A DNA stretch of 64,000 nt from contig CM102287.1 of assembly GCA_046563655.1 (NCBI GenBank), positions 1,240,001 through 1,304,000 on the forward strand, written 5' to 3'. Every line of letters starts with the position of its first letter. Position 1 is the first letter of the stretch. Of the stretch, positions 1 through 8,492 are shown one piece after another. Source of the stretch: Yuukianura sp. NJ FZ-2021. Taxonomy: Eukaryota. The notes under the pieces are model-generated. The model was not told the DNA's origin. It did not search any database and was given only the letters and a program-made list of their open reading frames with translations. Made by a program: the position numbers and the translations under genes.

Positions 1-756
1 CTTGTAAGGGCCAATCCATTTCTTGGTGAATTTTCCAACGTGACCTTTTTTCCTCTGAAAGTTCCGGAGTAGAACTTTCATGCCAGCGACGTAGGTGGGG
101 AAACGAATCTGCATTTGAGCTTTTACTCGTAAGAGCTGTTGCTCACGAGACAACTCATGGGCTACGTTGTTGGCGATGAATAATCTGTCAAAAGAATCAT
201 TAGGGGTCAAATAATCTTGGGGAAGGGGAAACAACTTATCTACCGGCAAAACCGGCTCCCGACCAAAGACAAGAAAATATGGGGAGAAATTAGTTACCCG
301 ATGTACAGAACAATTGACGGAGAAAACTGCTTTGGGAAGATGGATATCCCAATCTTTATGGTTTTCACTTACGAATTTGGCGATGACAGACTTTACCGTT
401 CCGTTATGTCTCTCACAGACACCGTTTGACTTGGGATTATAGGCAGTCGTTGAGCGGTGGTCAATGGAATGGAGGGCAAGGAAATCCTCAAACTCTTCGG
501 ACTGGAAAACCGTACCACGGTCTGACAGAATTATCTTGGGAATACCATGACGACACAGGACGTGTTTGGTAAGGACTTTGATCGCTTGAGCAGAATCTGC
601 TGAGGGGACGGGCCAAGCTTCAACGTAACGAGTGTGGAGATCAACTATGGTCAAAATATAGGTGTTTCTCCTCGCTGTGATGGGAAAGGGGCCAAGATAG
701 TCCACAGCAAGTGCGTTAAAGGGAATGGCGGGAACGTCAAGGCCAACGCTATTCGG
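1..756 (-). CDS. Integrase catalytic core and GPY/F region of gypsy pol; separated from the main pol frame by a 1-bp frameshift, truncated by the window edge
   Basis: Hand translation is open and reads AVDYLGPFP...ILSDRGTVF...NGVCERHN (DDE triad) and KFTKKWIGPYK (GPY). It joins the main pol frame if one base is added to the G5 run at 755-759. Confidence 0.9.
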
Positions 757-3700
757 GGGAGAGCGAAGTTCCGTCGATTATGTACTTGACACAAGTGGCA
801 AGATGTGACAAATTTGACTAAGTCACGGTACATCCGGGGCCAGTAGAACCGGGGACGAAGGAGATGCCAGGATTTGTGTAGTCCAAGGTGACTAAGGGAG
901 TCATTGTGGACGGATTCCATGGAGGATTTTCTGAGGGACTTAGGGAGACAAAGACGCCAAAGGTTACCAAATTCAGAGTAGTTCATTTTGTACAAAACTC
1001 CATCACGCAGACTAAATTCGCTCAACTTTTTCGGTTCCGCTAAGGAGTGGGGCTTACCTAGCTGCTCTGCTTTTAAGTACTCAATTATGGGTAGCCATTC
1101 TGGCTCTTTAAGTTGGAGTTCCTTCAACTTTGACTCACGGACTTTCCGGGGAGCTTCAGGGGAAACTGCTAAAGCCAGAAGATGATGTGTAATGGCCAAA
1201 TGGTCTGTGTCAGAAGGGGCGGGGTCAACGGGGTTTCGGGAAAGCGGGTCCGCATCCGTGTGGATACGGCCACTCTTGTGGACAACAGTAAAGTCGTAGG
1301 GCTGAAGGGCTAATGACCAACGGGAAATTTGGCCATAGGGGTCCTTGAATTTGAGCATGTCACAGAGGGAATGGTGGTCTGTGACAACTTTAAAATGACG
1401 CCCGTATAAATACGGACGAAATTTTTCGACAGCCCAAACAAACGCTTTCATTTCCAATTGGGGGGTTCCAAACTTTAACTCGGAGGGGGACAGAGCTCGC
1501 GAAGCAAAAGCTACAACTCTCTCTACACCATCTTGGATTTGACAAAGCGTTGCTCCGAAACCAAGTCCAGACGCATCACAATGGACGGACGTCTCTGCTT
1601 CTTCATCGGGAAACGCTAGGACTGGGGGAGAAGTAAGTTTGTCTTTCAGGGTTTGGAACGCAACTTCTGCTTCGGGGGTCCAGAAAAATGGGGAACCACG
1701 CTTTGCAGCGATTATAAGGTGGAGGGGACGGGCAATTTCCGCGAAACCTTTAATAAACCTTCTGTAGTAACTGCAAAGACCAACAAAGGAACGGACATTT
1801 TTAACAGTCGTGGGGGTAGGGAAATCACGTACTGCTTGGGTTTTCTGGGGATCAACTGCAATTCCTTCACGGGAGACAATGTGACCAAGGAATTTCAAAG
1901 AATCTTCGGCAAAGTAACACTTTTTGGGTTTTAAACTGAGACCAGCTTTACGGAGAGCACAGAAAATCTGCGCTAGGTGGTCTAAGTGTTCTTCAAAGGA
2001 ACGGGAGTAACAAACGACATCGTCTAAGTAAACGAGTGCTATGGACCATTTTAAACGACCAAGGACATTGTCAATAAGACGCTGCCAAGTCGCTGGGGCA
2101 TTGGTTAATCCAAAGGGCATGACGACGAATTCGTACTGTCCGTCGGGGGTTACGAAGCTGGTTTTCTCTCTGTCCTCGGGTTCCACCTCAACTTGGTAGT
2201 ACGCCTGGTCACAATCCATGGAGGAGAAGTACTTGGCGCCATTTAAACGGTCCAGGGTGTCGTCTATTCGGGGGAGGGGATAGGAATCCTTTCTTGTCAC
2301 TGCGTTGACTTTACGAAAGTCAACGCAAAACCGCCAACTTTCGTCGGGCTTTTTGACAAGAAGGACTGGGGAACACCAAGGGCTATCGCTGGGGGTTATC
2401 GCCTTAAGATCCAAAAGACGCTCGACTTGGTTTTGAATTTCTCTCCGCTCGGTGAATCCTGTTCTATGGGGATGGGAAGCTATCGGTTTCGCAGTTCCTG
2501 TGTCAATTTTGTGGGTCGTTAAATGAGTACGGCCAAGAGTTGCTGGATCAAAATTAAAAACATCCAAATTAGATACAAGAAAATCCTGCATCTTTTGGCG
2601 CTGTTCAGGGGTTAGGGTTTTGGAGATCTTAAACGCCTCAATCCTCTTTTGCAATTTCAGAGACGCAATGTCATCATCATCATCAACTGCAAATCCGAGG
2701 ATTTCGTGCGCTGGGAGAGAGGAATGGGACAAATTGGAGCTCACATGACCGAATTCGTCTAGGTCACAGAGTACTGAGGACTCTGCGAAGGGTTCGAAGG
2801 TGCCTATGGAGATGTTTTGCAGAAGTTTTACTGGTCGGTCTCCCAAATTCCACAAGAAAGTAACTCCAGCGCCATCCTTGAGAGTAGAAATAAAATTTCC
2901 AATGGCGATATGTTTTGCATACTGGAGCTCCTGACGAGGGGAAACAAGAACATCCCCGGTGAAAGGGAGATCTGTCTTGACGCTTACGCGTTTCATAGTT
3001 CTTGGGTTGACGATGATGGACCTGACCAGACGTAGGCACGGAGGGGGCGAAGATTTTTGTGACAAATTCGAGTTACTGACGAAGGAAACTTCAGAGTCAA
3101 GTAACGAAAGGGATTTAGGGGAATCAGACGAATTCTGGGTCATGTCATGAACTAGTTTAGGGTGAATGGCCGTACATGGGGGATTTGACACAGGTTCTGG
3201 ATCCGACGCAATGGGGGAGCTGGGGGTATCTGAAACTTGTTCAGTTTCAGACAATGTTAATTTGTTTAGAACAGGGACTTGGGATTTAGGTACACAGACA
3301 TACTCATTTCTGAGGTCTGTGCAGGGGAGTCCACCTTTTACAAGGCGCTCGTTAGCGGGATCCAAGAGAAAATGTTCTGAACGGAGAAAGTCAGAACCCA
3401 AAACGATTTCATTTGAAAGGTGCTGGAAAATGTAGAACGGGTATTGGAAGGGGACGCCATCAATGGAGAAAGAAATCATTGTAGTCTGGGGGGAATTACA
3501 ACGGACGTACGAACCAAAGGACAGTTTGACACGAACGGGTTCCACATCAACCGCTTGGGACACAATATGGGGGAATTTTCGGAGAAATTCGGGGTGGACA
3601 CAACAAAGGGAAGCACCTGTGTCACACAGGACTCGGAGGGTTTGGGTACCGAAGACTACATCAGTATGGAACGTAGAATGTTGGGCAGAATGAAATTGAG

Positions 3701-4487
3701 CCATGAATTTAGCCACAGAAATTCCCATAGGAAATTCGGACTCGGGGACTGGGGAATTGAATAGGGACCCATGTTCAAGGTTTGAATCTGGGGTACTGGA
3801 ATTTGCAGCTAGGATCTCTGGGGAACTATTAACCCAGTCAGCAGTTCTGCCTTGGATCGAGGGGGGATTTCCAAATTTTGAAGTGAGCGAAACAGCTATA
3901 GGATCTGGAGCAAAACGACAAATTTCGTCTTTGGGATCAGTTTTGGGATCATAGGGCCAATGAGCAGGGGGACCAACACAAACAGAAGCAGCTTTTGGAG
4001 CAAGAACGGAACTTTGAGCAAATATTTTCGGATCAGTAGCGTCAGTTTTCGGATCTGGAACATTAATAGGAGCAGAATTAGAACTAGGATCAATTTTAGG
4101 AGCCGACTTAGGAGCAAAATTAATTTTAGGATCAGTTTTCGGAACAAAATTAGGATCAGAATTAGGAACTGTTGGAGCGTCAGGACAAGGAATGGGTAAC
4201 TTGGTTGTAAGGTTCCCAGCGATCAAAGTTGAAGTAGGGCTGGGGGTACATTGGGAACATTGCTGCTGTTGGACAAAAAGAGTTTGCAATTTGGTAAAGA
4301 ACTCTTCTAGGGAAAATGGACTTTGAAATTGGGGCTTCCTGCCAAAAGCCTTTAAATTTCTGTGGGTTTGGAAAGATGGGGACTTAATTTTTCGTGTTTT
4401 GGAACGTTTGGGACAAGCTCTTATAGGAGCTGGGACCAAATTTTTTGGGACTGAAATGGGAGTGGGTAGAGGCTGTCGTCCCTGCAA
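651..4487 (-). CDS. pol: Gypsy Pol: Pro-rich spacer, aspartic protease, dUTPase-like domain, reverse transcriptase, RNase H, integrase Zn finger
   Basis: Motifs VLCDTGAS (protease), WRFCVDFR / MPFGL / YLDD (RT), HCDASGLGFG and TDHHSL (RNase H), H-x5-H...CHLC (IN zinc finger). The last ~35 aa of the ORF call are out of frame. Confidence 0.96.
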   Translation of the reverse strand: MQGRQPLPTPISVPKNLVPAPIRACPKRSKTRKIKSPSFQTHRNLKAFGRKPQFQSPFSLEEFFTKLQTLFVQQQQCSQCTPSPTSTLIAGNLTTKLPIPCPDAPTVPNSDPNFVPKTDPKINFAPKSAPKIDPSSNSAPINVPDPKTDATDPKIFAQSSVLAPKAASVCVGPPAHWPYDPKTDPKDEICRFAPDPIAVSLTSKFGNPPSIQGRTADWVNSSPEILAANSSTPDSNLEHGSLFNSPVPESEFPMGISVAKFMAQFHSAQHSTFHTDVVFGTQTLRVLCDTGASLCCVHPEFLRKFPHIVSQAVDVEPVRVKLSFGSYVRCNSPQTTMISFSIDGVPFQYPFYIFQHLSNEIVLGSDFLRSEHFLLDPANERLVKGGLPCTDLRNEYVCVPKSQVPVLNKLTLSETEQVSDTPSSPIASDPEPVSNPPCTAIHPKLVHDMTQNSSDSPKSLSLLDSEVSFVSNSNLSQKSSPPPCLRLVRSIIVNPRTMKRVSVKTDLPFTGDVLVSPRQELQYAKHIAIGNFISTLKDGAGVTFLWNLGDRPVKLLQNISIGTFEPFAESSVLCDLDEFGHVSSNLSHSSLPAHEILGFAVDDDDDIASLKLQKRIEAFKISKTLTPEQRQKMQDFLVSNLDVFNFDPATLGRTHLTTHKIDTGTAKPIASHPHRTGFTERREIQNQVERLLDLKAITPSDSPWCSPVLLVKKPDESWRFCVDFRKVNAVTRKDSYPLPRIDDTLDRLNGAKYFSSMDCDQAYYQVEVEPEDREKTSFVTPDGQYEFVVMPFGLTNAPATWQRLIDNVLGRLKWSIALVYLDDVVCYSRSFEEHLDHLAQIFCALRKAGLSLKPKKCYFAEDSLKFLGHIVSREGIAVDPQKTQAVRDFPTPTTVKNVRSFVGLCSYYRRFIKGFAEIARPLHLIIAAKRGSPFFWTPEAEVAFQTLKDKLTSPPVLAFPDEEAETSVHCDASGLGFGATLCQIQDGVERVVAFASRALSPSELKFGTPQLEMKAFVWAVEKFRPYLYGRHFKVVTDHHSLCDMLKFKDPYGQISRWSLALQPYDFTVVHKSGRIHTDADPLSRNPVDPAPSDTDHLAITHHLLALAVSPEAPRKVRESKLKELQLKEPEWLPIIEYLKAEQLGKPHSLAEPKKLSEFSLRDGVLYKMNYSEFGNLWRLCLPKSLRKSSMESVHNDSLSHLGLHKSWHLLRPRFYWPRMYRDLVKFVTSCHLCQVHNRRNFALPRIALALTFPPFPLTHLLWTILAPFPSQRGETPIF

Positions 4488-4508
4488 CGGCAGCTCTACT
4501 GGTTTTCC
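4466..4508 (-). promoter_or_regulatory. Probable -1 ribosomal frameshift signal at the gag/pol junction
   Basis: Pol is in the -1 frame and overlaps the gag end by only ~9 codons. The overlap contains G_GAA_AAC (4508-4502), followed by the hairpin GTAGAGCTGCCGT...ACGACAGCCTCTAC (4499-4466). Confidence 0.7.
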
Positions 4509-5818
4509 GGAGGCGGTGTTGGTTTAGGAAGGACGGCTGCAGCGATGTTCTGGAGAAGATCCGTCATTGTTCCGAAAGCAGTCATCATCGTCTTGGTCCA
4601 ATCAGCATCTGGACGAGCAACATTTTGAGACTGTGCTGGAGGGTTTGGACTGGTTTGCAATGGGCGAGTGTCAATATTTGGATAGGGGCGTTGAACAGCC
4701 TGGCTATAATAGCCTTGCTGCTGGGGGGATACAGGCTGAGGGGGGTGGTTTTCTGATAATGCACGCTGAGGGCCATTGTAACCAGGAAGCCGCCAAGTTG
4801 GAGTGTGACAGTGTTTTCTAATGTGCCCGCTTCGGTTACAGCGATTGCAAATCGGTCGTCCTTCTGCATCCCGACGATTCACGAAACTGGTTGGTTGTGA
4901 AGTCGTTTGAGCAGCAGCTTGAGGGATAGCAGGAACATTGGGCTGTTGTTGGATCTGGGGAGGGGACGACTGGGGGAACTGCATTGGGGGGTTATGGGCA
5001 GCTGTCATCTCAAAAGCCTGCATAGAGACTACAGGGGAAGAGCCATCTTTGGGACGGGTGTGGACTTCTGCTACTCGTCGTAGAATTTTCTGAAAGTCGG
5101 AGGGGGTTTGGATATTGAGCATTACAAAACCTTTTTCAAGGTCTGCTGGGAGTCCACGAATGAGATATTCAACCTTTCGGCTGTCACTCATTTTGGGATC
5201 CAAACGAGACAAAATAACTATTTTGTCCGCTACGTATTTGTCAATACAGTCACCCAATTTGTAACGCAGGGACTTATTCTGGGCTCTGAAGTCATCTCGA
5301 CGCTCTTTAAGGGAAAAATGGGAGATGAACTGATTTCCAAATTCAGTCCAGACAGCATCAGGATCTTTAGTGGGATCTTCCAGTTGTTCTCGAAAGTGGG
5401 GCCAAATTGAAATGAACCAAGAGCTAGCGACACCAGTCAAAACTCTGTCGAAGTGGCTCAATGCTCCATAAGATCCGAATCCAGTTCCTCTCAAATCGTA
5501 TTCGTAGCGTGCAAGGAATTCTGCAGGGTCACTCGTTCCATCGTACTTCCGGATATGCTTGAAAATTTTAATGTCCTGGGTACATGGGAAGGGAGCATTG
5601 GGAGCCATATTGGCTGCAGTACCATCGCTATACACAGAACCAGGAGTAGCTGGTTGCTGCGGATTGTTAGGAACTGGAGGAGGCATAGCAAAGGTAGGAT
5701 GGTAGTTTTGTTGTGCTGGCTGCAGTGGAATTGTGGACTGAGATGGGGAAGGGCCTTGTTGTTGCGGTTGACCTTGTACTGGAGGGGAAGATCTGGGTCT
5801 CGCAAAATATGTCAACAT
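4496..5818 (-). CDS. gag: Gypsy Gag, 440 aa
   Basis: Retrotransposon capsid-like region (KYDGTSDPAEFL...LTGVASSWF), CX2CX4HX4C knuckle CNRCNRSGHIRKHC, Q/P-rich ends. Confidence 0.93.
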   Translation of the reverse strand: MLTYFARPRSSPPVQGQPQQQGPSPSQSTIPLQPAQQNYHPTFAMPPPVPNNPQQPATPGSVYSDGTAANMAPNAPFPCTQDIKIFKHIRKYDGTSDPAEFLARYEYDLRGTGFGSYGALSHFDRVLTGVASSWFISIWPHFREQLEDPTKDPDAVWTEFGNQFISHFSLKERRDDFRAQNKSLRYKLGDCIDKYVADKIVILSRLDPKMSDSRKVEYLIRGLPADLEKGFVMLNIQTPSDFQKILRRVAEVHTRPKDGSSPVVSMQAFEMTAAHNPPMQFPQSSPPQIQQQPNVPAIPQAAAQTTSQPTSFVNRRDAEGRPICNRCNRSGHIRKHCHTPTWRLPGYNGPQRALSENHPPQPVSPQQQGYYSQAVQRPYPNIDTRPLQTSPNPPAQSQNVARPDADWTKTMMTAFGTMTDLLQNIAAAVLPKPTPPPENQ

Positions 5819-5830
5819 TGGGGAATCTCC

Positions 5831-6244
5831 TTAGTATCTTCGTTCTTGCAGACGGGGATTCTCGTATTCAAAGACAAGCCAGCCCTGGGTACTTGCGTAG
5901 TATTTGAAACACCAGCGGTAAATGGGACTAAAGAAACTCCAATGATAGTACAGAAGTCTAACCAGAAGAGCTAGGCAGTAGTACGTTTCAGTTCCGACAA
6001 GGACTCCAAGTAGTTCTGCGTAGGCTCGAGGATTACGTCGTAAGTAGAGAACTGGGGCAACGTGTAGGGCCAGAAAATCAACAAAGACTGAAAAAGTCGA
6101 TGCTACACAGGACTGGGTAATTTCTGCAACCAGTAGGGAGAATAGGTACAGGACTTCGGTTAGGAACAAGATTAAACAGCTTGCAAAAAATAAAGCTGTT
6201 GCAGCAATGAGAATAGTTCGGATTATGGGCCAAGCGATCCACAT
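5831..6244 (-). CDS. 137-aa multi-hydrophobic ORF immediately upstream of gag (candidate membrane protein)
   Basis: ATG start, same strand as gag, stop 12 nt before the gag ATG. It has several long apolar stretches and a basic RRNPR patch. Confidence 0.6.
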   Translation of the reverse strand: MWIAWPIIRTILIAATALFFASCLILFLTEVLYLFSLLVAEITQSCVASTFSVFVDFLALHVAPVLYLRRNPRAYAELLGVLVGTETYYCLALLVRLLYYHWSFFSPIYRWCFKYYASTQGWLVFEYENPRLQERRY

Positions 6245-6291
6245 TTGCAGTGGGTTTCACTTAAACCACAACCACTTTTCAGCGTTTGGGC

Positions 6292-6408
6292 TTATTGGAG
6301 GAAATTGACAAGGATCGAAATCAAAAAGAATAGGGTAAGGTACTGGACAACAACTGCAATAACTGCTATGAGTATGATCAGAACGATGGCAATGAAGGGG
6401 TGGGACAT
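6292..6408 (-). CDS. 38-aa hydrophobic small ORF MSHPFIAIVLIILIAVIAVVVQYLTLFFLISILVNFLQ (not in the ORF track)
   Basis: Hand translation from ATG (6408) to TAA (6292). It is almost entirely apolar with a clear period-3 pattern and is more GC-rich than the AT-rich spacer upstream. Confidence 0.5.
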   Translation of the reverse strand: MSHPFIAIVLIILIAVIAVVVQYLTLFFLISILVNFLQ

Positions 6409-6608
6409 CTCTCGGGTCAGTTCAGGGACTTTCTATAATACTTAAGAAATTGAATTAATTAAACAAATACTTTAAGAATTTTAAATAGTTTGAACTTACT
6501 ACTAGAAAAATGAAATACAAAATTCAAAAAAATTTATGGGGGGGTACTTTAGAAGCTGCTGTTCAGGGCTATGGTTTCAAAACGAAACCAAAATCCACCA
6601 AACAGAAC

Positions 6609-6728
6609 TTAAAATCGAAGAAAGAATAGAACAATAAACAAAAAGATAACGAGCTGTAGAGACGGAGCAGCCAAGCCAAACCAAATTACAAAACCGTAGA
6701 GCCACAAAGTCAATTCAATAACTGACAT
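6609..6728 (-). CDS. 39-aa hydrophobic small ORF MSVIELTLWLYGFVIWFGLAAPSLQLVIFLFIVLFFLRF
   Basis: ATG-initiated C-terminal part of the track ORF 6609-6857; two apolar segments joined by AAPS. Confidence 0.45.
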   Translation of the reverse strand: MSVIELTLWLYGFVIWFGLAAPSLQLVIFLFIVLFFLRF

Positions 6729-7585
6729 TCTGAATTTTCTTGAACCACATTGGAAGGAATAGGATTTTAGGAACTTGGGTAACTTCCGTAGATTTGCTTG
6801 CGATTGAAAATCGCAAGAGCGGGAAAATCTCCAAATTCCGAGGATTAGGGACACCAAAAGTTAACGTACTATTTCTAGTAGCTAGGCGAATGTACAAAGT
6901 TTTTCAACTTTTTAGAAATTTGGGCAGGGGTTTGGGACGACAAAACAACTTTTGATTTTTAAAAGTGGACAAAAAATTTTTAATTCGAATTAATTAGGAC
7001 GAAAACGCAACGTATTTTGAATTTAGGAAACGATTAGAGCCGGTTTCTGAAAAATCCGACTAGTCAGGGGAAAAGTGAAGCCTGCGTACGGTTGTACTTG
7101 CGGGCTAATAGGAAATCGGGCAAATCCGCCGACTCTGGGGATTAGTCACTTTTGCAAATAAATTTGCGAAAGCGCGAAAATTTCAAACTGTTTTAGATTT
7201 CAAAAAAATTTTGACAGGGGGTGTTAGGGGAAACCAATTTTTAGATTTAGGACGTTGTACCAAATTTCAAAAACCAAAATTTCGAAAAACTTTCAATTTA
7301 AGGGGCAGGGGGCTATAACTTTTGGAAAAAGGGGCTAGATGGATGGGGATTAGGAGCTGTGTTAGCTGGGGAGCTGTTTTTTAGGTAGCTGTGGCGCTGC
7401 GCTATCTTTAAACAAAACTCGAATTTGAAAAAAAAACGCTTATTTTGAAAAAAAAACGCTAAGTTTTTGAAAATTTAAAAAATTTTGACAGGGGACGGGC
7501 GTATTTTTACAAAAAGTTGCTGGGGGGGACACGTTTGCTCAAAAAAACAAAAAAACAAAACGCGCAAAGAAAAACGAAAGAACGC

Positions 7586-7601
7586 TGACCTTGTGTGACC
7601 T
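7586..7601 (-). promoter_or_regulatory. Perfect DR4 nuclear-receptor element in the gypsy leader
   Basis: Plus strand reads TGACCT TGTG TGACCT, i.e. AGGTCA-n4-AGGTCA on the minus strand, with both half-sites extended as CAAGGTCA. Confidence 0.5.
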
Positions 7602-7957
7602 TGTCACAGGCAGACGAAGGACGAAGAAGATGACGTGGTCCGAGGTGACGTGGCCAAGTGATGTGGAGCGTGGAGAGGGTGTGGAGCGTGGAATTCGGCT
7701 CTACGGCTGCTTTGGCTGGTGATGTGGCGTGTGTTGGGTGGTGTGGAGCGTGGCTTTTGGCTGGTACGGCGTGGCTCTCGCTCCGAACTCGCTTTTCCAG
7801 AAAGATCTGGAAATTATCCAAAAAAAAATATTTTAGAAAAAAATGAAACAATGGAAAAAAATTTCCTAAAAATGAAAAAAATTAGGGTGGGGTCACGGTG
7901 GGTCCTTTGGTGGAGCCGGTTGGCTCCGTTTGGTATGATTCCGCTTCGGTTGTGTAG

Positions 7958-7973
7958 AGGTCAAGTGAGGTCA
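7958..7973 (+). promoter_or_regulatory. Second perfect DR4 element, next to the PBS
   Basis: AGGTCA AGTG AGGTCA. Confidence 0.5.
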
Positions 7974-7979
7974 CGGGTC

Positions 7980-8002
7980 TCGATTCCCGGCTGATGCGCC
8001 CA
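7980..8002 (-). promoter_or_regulatory. Primer-binding site, tRNA-Gly-like
   Basis: Plus strand TCGATTCCCGGCTGATGCGCCCA resembles the animal tRNA-Gly(GCC) 3' end TCGATTCCCGGCCGATGCACCA (recalled from memory; imperfect match). Confidence 0.65.
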
Positions 8003-8492
8003 CTTCAGGGAAAGCTCGGAGGTGAACTCCCCAACGGGCCGACTCGCGGTCACCCGAGAACGTCTGACGGCGGAAATAAAGGGGCAGAGGTCACGGGAGC
8101 TACAAGAATTGGATTAGTAATTTATTGAACAAACAAAAGATACAGTTACGGCCAATTCGTAGTAGTCGAAGAGACGAGCGGTCCTGGTCGGATCAACCAG
8201 GTATCCCTGGTTTGTCCAGGAAGTCCAGTGGAGGTGAATTGAGGTCAAATCCGGGTCAATAGAGGCAGTAGCGGGTCCAGACACGAAGAAAGAAGATGGC
8301 TGCTACTGGGAACTGGAGTGACGAGGTCTTCTCCTTGTGAGATGTTGTGGACGACTGTGTGGAGGAGGACGAGAAGATGGAGGAAGATGAAGATGATGAT
8401 GCAACTGCCAGAAGAAGCGGAGGAGTACAGGAGCGGAGGAGTACGAGGGAACCACGAAGGCTAGAGAGGGGTTTTGGGGATACCTCCCCACA
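8003..8492 (-). repeat. Putative 5' LTR of the gypsy element, ~490 bp
   Basis: Starts with TG at the satellite junction, has AATAAA on the minus strand at 8121-8126 and ends at the PBS. The inner end is not a canonical CA, and the partner LTR is outside the window. Confidence 0.65.

Larger units (their letters stand above)
1..8492 (-). mobile_element. Ty3/gypsy LTR retrotransposon inserted at the edge of the satellite; 3' end lies beyond the left window edge
   Basis: Minus-strand order is LTR, PBS, long leader, gag, then PR-RT-RH-IN, which is the gypsy domain order. The element begins TGTGGGG at 8492, directly next to satellite GAGGATTTC at 8493. Confidence 0.95.

Noticed and set aside
7980..8002. 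tRNA-Gly gene
   Set aside because: Only the 3' ~22 nt match, in the position and orientation of a PBS.
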